Source: an uncultured Chryseobacterium sp. (GTDB taxonomy: Bacteria > Bacteroidota > Bacteroidia > Flavobacteriales_D > Sanyastnellaceae). From it: DNA of 64,000 bases. Below are positions 1 to 8,478 of this stretch, in pieces (the first letter of the stretch is position 1; the number at the start of each line of letters is the position of its first letter). The translations under genes were made by a program, and so were the position numbers. The notes below the pieces were generated by a model. The model was not told the origin of the DNA and made no database searches. It saw only the letters and a list, made by a program, of their open reading frames with translations. The stretch is taken from assembly GCA_964430305.1 (NCBI GenBank), contig CAYSEX010000003.1:3837-67836 (forward strand), written 5' to 3'.

Positions 1-1776
1 TTCATACTGATCATCTGCCCAAAGTAAATAATAATCGCCTGGATCAAGCGTCACATCAGGCAGTCTCCACTTGTTTGGATTTGAGATATCATCACTGATG
101 AATTTCGATTTCAAGTTAACGGCTGTAGTTCCCGCATTATATAATTCAATCCAATCTGAATTGCCATCTGCGTCGGATGCATTCAATGTTCCAGCAGGTG
201 CAATTTCATTTATCACGATTGGTGTTGAACTCAGCTGACCAAAAACATAACGAAAGTTGCAATCATGATCATCAATGCTGTTGAGCCATGCATTGGGTAT
301 TACCCCAACAACAATGTTTATGCTATCTGTTGGAAGAGCTATGGAAGAGAAATATTTTTTCTCATTCAGTGGTCCTGGTCCTATTTCTATCGAAGTAGGT
401 AAGGTGTTCCACACATTGGTTAAAATGTTTCTGTAAACTACGGTATGATCTGTAGGCAATGTATTGGCTAGATAAGTTACCAATAGACTGTCATTTTGAA
501 GTTGACCTCTCACGTTGTGTATACTCAAATAAGGCTGAATGTCATCCAATTGAACCACCGCGGTATTCCAGCGCGTATCAACATATTGTGTAATACCATA
601 GTCAACATGATTTCCCCAAGCTTCATCGATGGCATTCAAAAAGTCATCACTCGTGAATCCGAAATCAAGCGGTCGAAATGGGTCTTCAATCGCAGCGGTA
701 GCTATTAAATTTTGAAAATTCAATGCTCGTTGTGATACATGAGAAGGGTTAAAGTAGAGGCTTTGCAATTCGTACAGGTAATTTGTAAATTCATTCCTGT
801 AGCTCGGAACTTGAAGCAAACGTGTAAATAAGGGGCGCGTACTGTTGCCATTCCATGAATATACGGCTCGTGAACCCCAGTCTATTCCAACCCAATCAAT
901 TCCCAAGGTATTGTCTAAATCATATGGGATATATTCCAACAGCCCAGTATTTTCATTTTGATACAAATAGTAGTTGTTTTTATTGAAAATATATCCATCC
1001 CAATTTCCAATGAGAACATCAATGGCCATGATTTTTAGATAGTCGTGAACATTGAAAATACGCTCAATTTCACAAGGCAAATTAGTGAGTGAAGTTTGAT
1101 TCAGCTTGGTTACAAAATTGGCTAAGACAGAAAAGTCTTGCTGATCCTCATTTTCAATTAAATTGTAACTGTCATCGGCATAGGCATCTGGATTAGTTCC
1201 CTGAAAGGCCAGATCACTTCCCCATAAACACTTCCAAAGGTTTTCAGTTCCATCATCGAAATAGGTGTCCGCAAACGTCTCGTCGATCTGCTCTACATTC
1301 ACATACAAGCCGGCATATAAATCGTTGATATATAAACGAACATAGGAAACGCGGGCACCTGGAATTCCCGCTTCCCTGAAAAAATCCCAACACAATTTCG
1401 CTCGAAGTAAACTAGGGTCATTTTGATTCGCAATGAGATTCACTTCTTTCAAACCATAAAAAGACTGGGGTGTGAAAGCATCAAATTTCAACTTGAATGA
1501 TTTCTTTTGAGCCGCTAGAGATGTATTGCCTCTTAATCGAATACCCACTTGGTTATATCCTGAAAATCCCGTTGCAGTAGAATAAACCAAATTACAAGGA
1601 AACTCGTGTGAATTCCCCCAATTGGCAGGATCCTCGAGGGCCGATAAGGTATCCATATCTATACTCACATGAATAGTTGCAACTTCATCTTGCAAAAAGG
1701 CCATTCCCCACTCAGGTAATTGCGCAGAAGTATGAATGGCAAGAATTGAGGTTAACAAAAAAGCTATAATTCTCAT
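1..1776 (-). CDS. CotH-family secreted protein with a C-terminal lamin-tail-like (LTD) segment. It is partial: the 3' end runs off the window.
   Basis: It is absent from the ORF track because no stop codon lies in the window. Manual translation from the ATG at 1776..1774 gives a signal peptide (MRIIAFLLTSILAIHTSAQ), then CotH-like blocks (NLIANQNDPSLLRAKL; DYLKIMAIDVLIGNWDGYIFNKNNYYLY), then an LTD-like stretch (VINEIAPAG..SDWIELYN..LDPGDYYLLWADD). Its start overlaps the upstream stop codon (ATGA). Confidence 0.75.
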   Translation of the reverse strand, partial: MRIIAFLLTSILAIHTSAQLPEWGMAFLQDEVATIHVSIDMDTLSALEDPANWGNSHEFPCNLVYSTATGFSGYNQVGIRLRGNTSLAAQKKSFKLKFDAFTPQSFYGLKEVNLIANQNDPSLLRAKLCWDFFREAGIPGARVSYVRLYINDLYAGLYVNVEQIDETFADTYFDDGTENLWKCLWGSDLAFQGTNPDAYADDSYNLIENEDQQDFSVLANFVTKLNQTSLTNLPCEIERIFNVHDYLKIMAIDVLIGNWDGYIFNKNNYYLYQNENTGLLEYIPYDLDNTLGIDWVGIDWGSRAVYSWNGNSTRPLFTRLLQVPSYRNEFTNYLYELQSLYFNPSHVSQRALNFQNLIATAAIEDPFRPLDFGFTSDDFLNAIDEAWGNHVDYGITQYVDTRWNTAVVQLDDIQPYLSIHNVRGQLQNDSLLVTYLANTLPTDHTVVYRNILTNVWNTLPTSIEIGPGPLNEKKYFSSIALPTDSINIVVGVIPNAWLNSIDDHDCNFRYVFGQLSSTPIVINEIAPAGTLNASDADGNSDWIELYNAGTTAVNLKSKFISDDISNPNKWRLPDVTLDPGDYYLLWADDQYE

Positions 1777-2489
1777 TTCAACTTTCGCTTAAAAAGTTGA
1801 GCCGGTTTGTGCAGAACACCCTGCTGCTTTTCCTCAAGTGGTGTAAGTGTTTCAGTTCTTAAAATGTTTTTTCTGAAATTACGTTTATCTAATTTTTTAT
1901 CGAGAATGATCTCGTATAATTTTTGTAGTTGTGACAGTGTGAATTTTTCGGGCAACAATTCAAAGCCAATGTGATCAGCCATCAGTTCATGTCGTAACAT
2001 CAGTAAGGCCTTATGTACAATTTCATTGTGGTCGAAGGCAAGAGACGGTATGTTGTAAACGTCAACCCAATAAGCATTTCCTGCAAAATTCGCTGCTTTC
2101 GGTTTGAACTCAGAGAGCTTAACCAATGAGTAATATCCAACAGTTAAAACGCGTCTTTCAGGATTCACGCGAAAAGTTCGCAACCACTGTTGATCTTTTA
2201 GACCACGAACACGATTGGGATCACCGAATGCAAAAAACTGCTTTAAATAAATGCCTTTTAACGAGGTGAGCTCTTTCAATATACGGGCTGCCGCCTCATC
2301 TAAACTTTCATTATCCAATACCAAATCTCCTGGAACTGCTTTCTGCGTTTTAATGGATGTATCTGCTGGCTGCTTTTGTTCAATGAGCAACACCTTCAGC
2401 TGATCGTTATCAAATCCAAATACCACACAATCCACGGAAATATCCATGCCCTGTGTCTCAATTTTCGGTTTTATTCCCTTGTTTGTCAT
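1773..2489 (-). CDS. Nudix-domain transcriptional regulator (NrtR/AraR-like: Nudix fold plus C-terminal winged helix)
   Basis: The Nudix-like core reads VPGDLVLDNESLDEAAARILKELTSL. The C-terminus (FTLSQLQKLYEIILDKKLDKRNFRKNILRTETL...HKPAQLFKRK) is typical of the NrtR wHTH. I chose the start at M54 of the tracked ORF (MTNKGIK) because the longer versions overlap the divergent fadH-like gene. Starts at 2573 or 2648 are not excluded. Confidence 0.7.
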   Translation of the reverse strand: MTNKGIKPKIETQGMDISVDCVVFGFDNDQLKVLLIEQKQPADTSIKTQKAVPGDLVLDNESLDEAAARILKELTSLKGIYLKQFFAFGDPNRVRGLKDQQWLRTFRVNPERRVLTVGYYSLVKLSEFKPKAANFAGNAYWVDVYNIPSLAFDHNEIVHKALLMLRHELMADHIGFELLPEKFTLSQLQKLYEIILDKKLDKRNFRKNILRTETLTPLEEKQQGVLHKPAQLFKRKLK

Positions 2490-2494
2490 ACTTC

Positions 2495-2513
2495 GTGTGA
2501 AAAATACACTTTC
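2495..2513. promoter_or_regulatory. Operator-like site C: GTGTGAAAAATACACTTTC
   Basis: It matches GTGTA-N5-TACACTTTC and shares the 9-mer TACACTTTC with sites at 4580, 60442 and 63323. It lies between the Nudix regulator start (2489) and a -7 box (2513..2520). Confidence 0.6.
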
Positions 2514-2520
2514 AAAAGTA
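2513..2520 (-). promoter_or_regulatory. Bacteroidota -7 promoter box (TActTTTG) for the Nudix regulator gene
   Basis: The reverse complement reads TACTTTTG, followed immediately by site C and then the ATG about 24 nt later. Confidence 0.4.
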
Positions 2521-2573
2521 ATAGAAATTGCTTCTTGTTCATTGAAGAAGATTTCTCCTACATTCGCAAGCAT

Positions 2574-4565
2574 ATGAGCATTGCCCTTACTTCTATAACC
2601 ATAGCCAATCAGACATTGCGAAACCGTTACATCATGGGATCCATGCATACCGGTTTGGAAGAACTTCCCAATGGTTTCGAAGCCATGGCCGCCTATTATG
2701 CCGAAAGAGCCAAGGGTGAAGTAGCGTTGATTATAACCGGTGGTGTTTCACCAAATGCACAAGGTCAATTGTGGCCGGGTGCCATCATGTTACAAGATGC
2801 CTCTCTCGTTGACAAACACAAAATCATTACCACGGCTGTGCACAACGAAGGTGGAAAAATAGCACTTCAAATTTTGCATGCAGGTAGATATGGTGTCCAT
2901 GATCAGTGCGTAAGTGCCTCAGCCATTCAAGCACCGATCAATATTTATACACCGCGAGCACTTACTGTTGAAGAAATTGAAAATACGATATCAGATTTTG
3001 CCTACTGCGCTCAACTCGCTGAACAGGCCAACTATGACGGGGTTGAAATCATGGGAAGTGAGGGGTATTTGATCAATCAATTTATTTCACCAAGAACCAA
3101 CCAACGAAAAGATGCATATGGAGGTTCAATGGAGAATAGAATGCGATTCGCCATAGAAATTGTGCGAGCCATCAAAGCCGCGGTGTCCGAGAATTTCATT
3201 CTTATCTTTCGTATTTCCATTGCTGATTTGGTTGAAAACGGAAGTTCAAAAGATGAGATTGTATACTTGGCTCAGGCTCTGGAAAAGGAAGGTGTTCATA
3301 TTTTTAATACCGGTATTGGTTGGCACGAAGCCCGCATTCCAACAATTAGTATGCGTGTTCCAAGAGGTGCATACTCATGGGCTGCCGCTTGGTTGAAAGA
3401 ACAGGTTTCAATTCCAGTTTCAGCAACGAATAGAATTAACACGCCTGAATTAGCAAATGAAATTATTTCAAGTGGAAAGGCTGATTTGGTTAGTCTAGCT
3501 AGACCATTGTTGGCCGATCCCTTTTTCGTTCAAAAGGCGAGAACTGGAAATGCGCATCGCATAAATACCTGCATTGCCTGCAATCAGGCATGTTTGGATC
3601 AGATTTTTTCAGGTGAAACGGCATCTTGTTTAGTGAATCCGTTTGCTGCCAGAGAGCTCACATGGAAAATTATCCCAACAAAAAACACCAAGAGAATTGC
3701 GGTCATTGGAGCTGGGGTTTCCGGATGCGCCGTTGCCATTACCTTGAGTCAACGTGGGTTTCAGGTGGAAGTGTTTGAAAAGTCGAATGCGATTGGAGGA
3801 CAATTTAAATGGGCAGCCCAAATTCCGGGAAAGGAGGAAATGAACGAGACACTTCGCTATTACTCTGAAGAGTTGAAAGAACTTCAGGTGCCTATACATT
3901 TGAACTGCAAGGATTCATCTTGGCTTGAAGATACTTTTGATTTTCACGTCATTACAACGGGCGTGGTTCCAAAAGAATTGAATTCATTGAAATCAGATCA
4001 TTCCATTCCCGTTTTAAACTATGTTGAGGCCATTGAACAAGAATCCTTACTTGGTAAGGAAATCGTCATTATTGGTTCCGGAGGAATTGCCATGGATGTG
4101 GCTAGTCTCCTAGGGTCTGAAGCTGAGGGAATAACTGATTACCAAGATCATTGGGGAGTTGATCCTTCTCTCAATTTCCCTGGAGCGCTTAAAGAAAAGG
4201 TTTTGCGAGTGGCGAAGCGAAAAATTCATTTCGTACAACGAACTGGAAAAAAGTTGGGATTCAAATTGGGAAAGACCACCGTGTGGTCGCATCGCACGGA
4301 ATTGGCTGAATTGGGTACCCAAATTCATTCACACGTTTCAAACATGGAAATTCGTGATGGCGCATTTCTTATGACCAAAGGTGAAAATATTGAGGTGCTA
4401 AACCCTTCGGCAATTATCAATTGCACAGGACAAGAATCGAATCTTCCAGGGTCATTCAATGTATCAAATCATGTGGTGCTTGGAGGAGCTAAATCAAGTG
4501 AGCGATTAGACGCCAAAAGAGCCATATATGAGGCCACTGCTTGGGCTATTCAATTCGAAATGTGA
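2574..4565 (+). CDS. fadH: NADPH-dependent 2,4-dienoyl-CoA reductase-like flavoprotein (OYE-type FMN domain, 4Fe-4S motif, FAD/NAD(P) domain)
   Basis: The N-terminus (TLRNRYIMGSMHTGLEELPNGFEAMAAYYAERAKGEVALIITGG) parallels E. coli FadH. CIACNQACLD is the Fe-S motif, and IAVIGAGVSGCA is a Rossmann GxGxxG. The start was moved to M67 (MSIALTS) of the 729-aa tracked ORF. Confidence 0.8.
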   Translation: MSIALTSITIANQTLRNRYIMGSMHTGLEELPNGFEAMAAYYAERAKGEVALIITGGVSPNAQGQLWPGAIMLQDASLVDKHKIITTAVHNEGGKIALQILHAGRYGVHDQCVSASAIQAPINIYTPRALTVEEIENTISDFAYCAQLAEQANYDGVEIMGSEGYLINQFISPRTNQRKDAYGGSMENRMRFAIEIVRAIKAAVSENFILIFRISIADLVENGSSKDEIVYLAQALEKEGVHIFNTGIGWHEARIPTISMRVPRGAYSWAAAWLKEQVSIPVSATNRINTPELANEIISSGKADLVSLARPLLADPFFVQKARTGNAHRINTCIACNQACLDQIFSGETASCLVNPFAARELTWKIIPTKNTKRIAVIGAGVSGCAVAITLSQRGFQVEVFEKSNAIGGQFKWAAQIPGKEEMNETLRYYSEELKELQVPIHLNCKDSSWLEDTFDFHVITTGVVPKELNSLKSDHSIPVLNYVEAIEQESLLGKEIVIIGSGGIAMDVASLLGSEAEGITDYQDHWGVDPSLNFPGALKEKVLRVAKRKIHFVQRTGKKLGFKLGKTTVWSHRTELAELGTQIHSHVSNMEIRDGAFLMTKGENIEVLNPSAIINCTGQESNLPGSFNVSNHVVLGGAKSSERLDAKRAIYEATAWAIQFEM

Positions 4566-4579
4566 ACATTTTTTACTTG

Positions 4580-4598
4580 GTGTAAGAAGTACACTTTC
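4580..4598. promoter_or_regulatory. Operator-like site D: GTGTAAGAAGTACACTTTC
   Basis: It has a perfect 5-bp inverted repeat (GTGTA/TACAC) with a 5-nt spacer. It is followed after 2 nt by a near-consensus -7 box (TACTTTGc) and lies 33 nt upstream of the GH65 ATG. Confidence 0.6.
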
Positions 4599-4630
4599 TT
4601 TACTTTGCATTCTTACGAATTGCAAGCGCT

Positions 4631-6844
4631 ATGATAAAATATTTGAAAACAGACCCGTGGAAAATCATTGAAGATTCCTTTCATTCTCATTTGCAAAGAA
4701 GTTCTGAAAGCATCTTCAGCATTGGGAATGGTAAATTTGGTCAACGTGCAAATCACGAAGAAGACTTCTCTGGACCAAGCTTGCAAGGCAGTTACATAGC
4801 GGGTGTTTATTATCCAGACAAAACGCGCGTTGGATGGTGGAAGAATGGCTATCCTGAGTACTTCGCAAAAGTTCTCAATTCAGCAAATTGGATTGGTTTA
4901 AGTATTCATGTAAATGACGAAATGCTTGACTTGAATACATGGAAAGTAGAGTCTTTTGAACGTGTGTTGGATATGAAGCAGGGTTTACTTCAACGCTCGT
5001 TTATTGCTACGTCTCCTTACGGAAAAAGAATTCAAGTAGTTGCTGAAAGATTTTGTAGTATGGCCAATGATGACCTTGCTGCAATTCGATACGAGGTTAA
5101 AGCTTTAGATGAAGATATACTCCTTTCGGTTAACTCTTTCATAGAGGCTGAAGTTCGAAATCATGATAGCAACTATGATGAGCTGTTTTGGAAGAGCATT
5201 CGTTCACAGGCAAATGAAAACGTAGGTTCAGTTCAAGCTGAAACGTTGAAGACTGGTTTTCAAGTTGCATGGGCCATGGAAGTGCATGATAATAAAAATT
5301 CAAATTGGTCAGCAACTCACAATGCACACCGAGTTGAGTCAACTACAAAAACTCAAATCCAAAAGGGTGAGTCTGTAGTATTTCACAAGTACGTGTCCAT
5401 AGTAAGTTCATTGAATGAACAAGCCGAATCTCTTTCGCAAGTAGCTTCCAACAAAGCAAAACAAGCTGCAGTCATAGGTTACCAAGAATTGCGCACAGCT
5501 CACGTTCAAGCATGGGATAAAATTTGGGAACTCGGCGACATTTGCATTGAAGGTGATGACGAGGCACAACAAGGTATTCGTTTTAATATTTTCCATCTCA
5601 ACCAAACCTATACCGGTCAAGATGCACGATTAAATATTGGTCCGAAGGGATTTACCGGAGAAAAATACGGAGGGTCGACTTATTGGGACACTGAGGCGTA
5701 TTGTCTTCCTTTCTATCAAAGCACTAGGCAATCTCACGTGGCTAAGCAACTCTTGGTGTACCGATTTAGGCAATTGGACAAGGCCATTGAAAATGCCCAG
5801 AAATTGGGATTCACTCACGGAGCGGCTTTGTATCCTATGGTAACCATGAATGGAGAAGAGTGTCACAACGAATGGGAAATAACCTTCGAAGAAATTCACA
5901 GAAACGGCGCCATTGCTTATGCCATTTATAATTATGTGAAATACACTGGAGATGAAGCGCACTTGGGTGAATACGGATTTGATGTTTTATTGGGTATTGC
6001 TAGATTTTGGTCACAAAGGGTCAATTGGTCGGAAGCAAAACAAGCTTACGTAATGCTGGGTGTAACTGGACCGAATGAATATGAGAACAATGTAAACAAT
6101 AACTTTTACACCAATTACATAGCGGCTTGGTGCATGAAATACGCCAAGGAAGTAGGGGAGAAGCTTCAGTCAGAAAATGTCACCTTGTTCAATGAAAAGT
6201 GTAAGAAATGGAATTTGGATTTTCAAACAGAGAGTGCTGCATGGCAAGCGCGCATTGACAAGATGTATTACCCCAAGCTTGAGAATAGCCTCATCTTTTT
6301 GCAGCAAGATGGATTCATGGACAAAGAGCAACTGAGCATTGCCGATTTGAAAGCTGAAGAGCGTCCAATCAATCAGCATTGGAGTTGGGATCGTATTTTA
6401 CGCAGCATATTCATAAAGCAAGCAGATGTTTTGCAAGGTTTTTTCTTTTTTGAAGAAGACTTTACCATGGAAGAACTCAAAGCCAATTTCGATTTTTATG
6501 AGCCGAAAACCGTTCACGAATCCAGCTTATCGCCTTGTGTCCATGCCATATTAGCAGCGAAGTTGGGTTATGAAGAAAAGGCCTATGAAATGTATGTAAG
6601 AACCTCTAGATTGGATATTGATGATTACAACCATGAAGCTCATGAGGGATTGCATATTACATCAATGGCCGGCACTTGGATGTCTGTAGTTATGGGCTTT
6701 GGTGGAATGCGCGTGAAAAACGGGGAATTGGTTTTTGAACATGCTTTGTTGCCGAAGAAATGGAAAAGTCTAACTTTTAACGTACTGTTCAGAAATAAAC
6801 AGCTTCGAATTGTATTGAATGAAAGCGGAGTGCAAATAGCTTGA
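4631..6844 (+). CDS. Glycoside hydrolase family 65 phosphorylase (maltose/kojibiose/trehalose phosphorylase type)
   Basis: At 737 aa the length fits GH65. The N-terminus (DPWKIIEDSF...IFSIGNGKFGQRANHEE) and the catalytic-region block (GVTGPNEYENNVNNNFYTNY) are typical of GH65. Confidence 0.85.
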   Translation: MIKYLKTDPWKIIEDSFHSHLQRSSESIFSIGNGKFGQRANHEEDFSGPSLQGSYIAGVYYPDKTRVGWWKNGYPEYFAKVLNSANWIGLSIHVNDEMLDLNTWKVESFERVLDMKQGLLQRSFIATSPYGKRIQVVAERFCSMANDDLAAIRYEVKALDEDILLSVNSFIEAEVRNHDSNYDELFWKSIRSQANENVGSVQAETLKTGFQVAWAMEVHDNKNSNWSATHNAHRVESTTKTQIQKGESVVFHKYVSIVSSLNEQAESLSQVASNKAKQAAVIGYQELRTAHVQAWDKIWELGDICIEGDDEAQQGIRFNIFHLNQTYTGQDARLNIGPKGFTGEKYGGSTYWDTEAYCLPFYQSTRQSHVAKQLLVYRFRQLDKAIENAQKLGFTHGAALYPMVTMNGEECHNEWEITFEEIHRNGAIAYAIYNYVKYTGDEAHLGEYGFDVLLGIARFWSQRVNWSEAKQAYVMLGVTGPNEYENNVNNNFYTNYIAAWCMKYAKEVGEKLQSENVTLFNEKCKKWNLDFQTESAAWQARIDKMYYPKLENSLIFLQQDGFMDKEQLSIADLKAEERPINQHWSWDRILRSIFIKQADVLQGFFFFEEDFTMEELKANFDFYEPKTVHESSLSPCVHAILAAKLGYEEKAYEMYVRTSRLDIDDYNHEAHEGLHITSMAGTWMSVVMGFGGMRVKNGELVFEHALLPKKWKSLTFNVLFRNKQLRIVLNESGVQIA

Positions 6845-6874
6845 TTATATTCGTGATGAAATTTGATCTTCATC

Positions 6875-8248
6875 ATGAAAAAAATAAGTATAAGCTTTGT
6901 TCTACTTGTTGCATTTATCTTGAACTCATTGGGGCAAGATGCGACAGTTATTTATAAAAATACAGTTGGTTCAACGGTTACTATTGAGACAGAGTTGGGC
7001 ATTGGTTCTGGATTTTTTGTCGCACCAAATGTCATTGCGTCCAATTACCATGTTATTGAAGGTGCTGTAACAGCCAATTGTTTTTTAAGTAATAGTCAAA
7101 CCCGCTATGAGATTGATGGTTATGTGGGGGTTGATCAGAAGGCAGATTTGGTTTTACTGCATGTTGTAGGATTAGATAAGCCCAAGATTGCTATGGCTAG
7201 TGGGGCACCTACACCTGGGGAAAAGGTTTTTGTGATGGGAAGTCCCAAAGGATTGCCCGCAACAATATCAGATGGAATTGTAAGCGGATTGCGAGATTTT
7301 GATGGAATTAAGCACATTCAAATGACAGCTCCAATTTCACCGGGTTCAAGTGGTGGACCAGTTATGAATGGAAAGGGTGAATTAATTGGAGTTTCTGTCA
7401 GTCAATATACTGAAGGACAAAATATCAATTTTGCTGTACCGAGATCGTATTTGCAGTTGCTTCTAGATTTTATGAATTCTGAGCCACAACCATTAGTAAA
7501 TTTAATTGTATCTGGCGCTGTAGACTTCGACCTTACCACGGAAGATGTATATACTGGTGGTGGTGATGTAACTTATGCAATTGATATGTTTCCTGGCAAT
7601 AAGCCAGAATTGGTACTAGATTACATGGCCAGTTGGGAAGAACAGACGTGTTTTTATTTTACCTATTCCGTAGCCGAAGATTACGCAAGTAGATATACTT
7701 CAATCTACATGAAAGAATACACGTTAATTGACAGAGAAAGCGGAACAAAATATTATGCGAATTATACCGATTTACCTACCGATGAAAATGACCCAAGATG
7801 GATCTATAGAGGAACGGAAAGTCCTTTCTTAGTATGTTTTGACCGTATTCCAAGTTCAGTAACTTCTTTTGACTTGATTGAAGGAACATGTGAAGATGGA
7901 CAATTCTGCATTACAGAGTTAGATGTGTCCACATTTAAAGTGGTAACAAATGATGAGGTGGATTGGGATTTATATGAAAAGGCAGACACTGAAGGAAGTG
8001 TGAGCTTCTATTCGCATTACGGTGGAGCAGGTGATATCTCATTTTATATTGAGGGGATTTATGTAGGGAAATTAGATCAGTATTTTGAAGATCAAAGTTA
8101 CTCACCGGCATGTGGAGATGATGGAACGCTAGTTATTCGTTTGCCAGCTGGAACCTACAATTACAAAGCGTCCGACTCGAAATACAACTGGAGTGGCACA
8201 GTTACAATTGAAGCGAATGGTTGTTTGTCACAAGGAATTCGGGAATAG
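6875..8248 (+). CDS. Secreted trypsin-like (S1 family) serine protease with an uncharacterised C-terminal region of about 250 aa
   Basis: It has a signal peptide (MKKISISFVLLVAFILNSLGQ). The catalytic triad context is NYHVIEG (His), ADLVLLHV (Asp) and GSSGGPVMN (Ser). Confidence 0.75.
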   Translation: MKKISISFVLLVAFILNSLGQDATVIYKNTVGSTVTIETELGIGSGFFVAPNVIASNYHVIEGAVTANCFLSNSQTRYEIDGYVGVDQKADLVLLHVVGLDKPKIAMASGAPTPGEKVFVMGSPKGLPATISDGIVSGLRDFDGIKHIQMTAPISPGSSGGPVMNGKGELIGVSVSQYTEGQNINFAVPRSYLQLLLDFMNSEPQPLVNLIVSGAVDFDLTTEDVYTGGGDVTYAIDMFPGNKPELVLDYMASWEEQTCFYFTYSVAEDYASRYTSIYMKEYTLIDRESGTKYYANYTDLPTDENDPRWIYRGTESPFLVCFDRIPSSVTSFDLIEGTCEDGQFCITELDVSTFKVVTNDEVDWDLYEKADTEGSVSFYSHYGGAGDISFYIEGIYVGKLDQYFEDQSYSPACGDDGTLVIRLPAGTYNYKASDSKYNWSGTVTIEANGCLSQGIRE

Positions 8249-8266
8249 AAAAAAAGTTTAAATTCC

Positions 8267-8297
8267 TTTGCAAGGAAAAGAATACGTGCTATATTTG
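8267..8297 (+). promoter_or_regulatory. Bacteroidota sigma-A type promoter (TTTG-N19-TAtaTTTG) for tRNA-Asp
   Basis: TTTG lies at 8267..8270 and TATATTTG at 8290..8297. The tRNA begins 25 nt downstream. Confidence 0.5.
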
Positions 8298-8322
8298 CAG
8301 CCTCTTTGAAGAAAGAGAAAAC

Positions 8323-8396
8323 GGTCCGGTAGTTCAGTTGGTTAGAATACATGCCTGTCACGCATGGGGTCGCGGGTTCGAGTCCCGTCCGGACCG
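8323..8396 (+). tRNA. tRNA-Asp (anticodon GTC)
   Basis: A manual cloverleaf fold works: acceptor GGTCCGG/CCGGACC, anticodon stem CATGC/GCATG with loop CTGTCAC, and a GTTCGAGTC T-arm. Confidence 0.9.
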
Positions 8397-8402
8397 CTGA
8401 AA

Positions 8403-8436
8403 TAAAAAAGCCTCTTACATGTAAGAGGCTTTTTTA
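8403..8436. terminator. Rho-independent terminator-like hairpin, bidirectional in shape
   Basis: The sequence aaaaaaGCCTCTTACATGTAAGAGGCtttttt is a perfect palindromic stem flanked by A and T runs. Confidence 0.7.
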
Positions 8437-8478
8437 TTGAAGATATTTTTGTTTATTTGCTCGAATTGCTTTTTCATT

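Noticed and set aside
2376-2648. Long N-terminal extensions of two divergent ORFs: the 729-aa version of the fadH-like ORF starting at 2376, and the 291-aa version of the Nudix ORF starting at 2648. The two versions overlap each other.
   Set aside because: The extension of the fadH-like ORF is antisense to the Nudix gene and has no FadH-like sequence. Homology to FadH begins at MSIALTS...NRYIMGSMHTGL (start 2574). The Nudix extension overlaps fadH, whereas a start at 2489 leaves a sensible 84-bp divergent promoter region containing a -7 box and the operator-like site.
4611-4622. A single TTGCAA hexamer upstream of the GH65 gene, considered as a possible extra Fur-type site.
   Set aside because: Only one half-site is present, with no partner at N5 spacing. 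TTGCAA is a short, AT-rich palindrome expected by chance.
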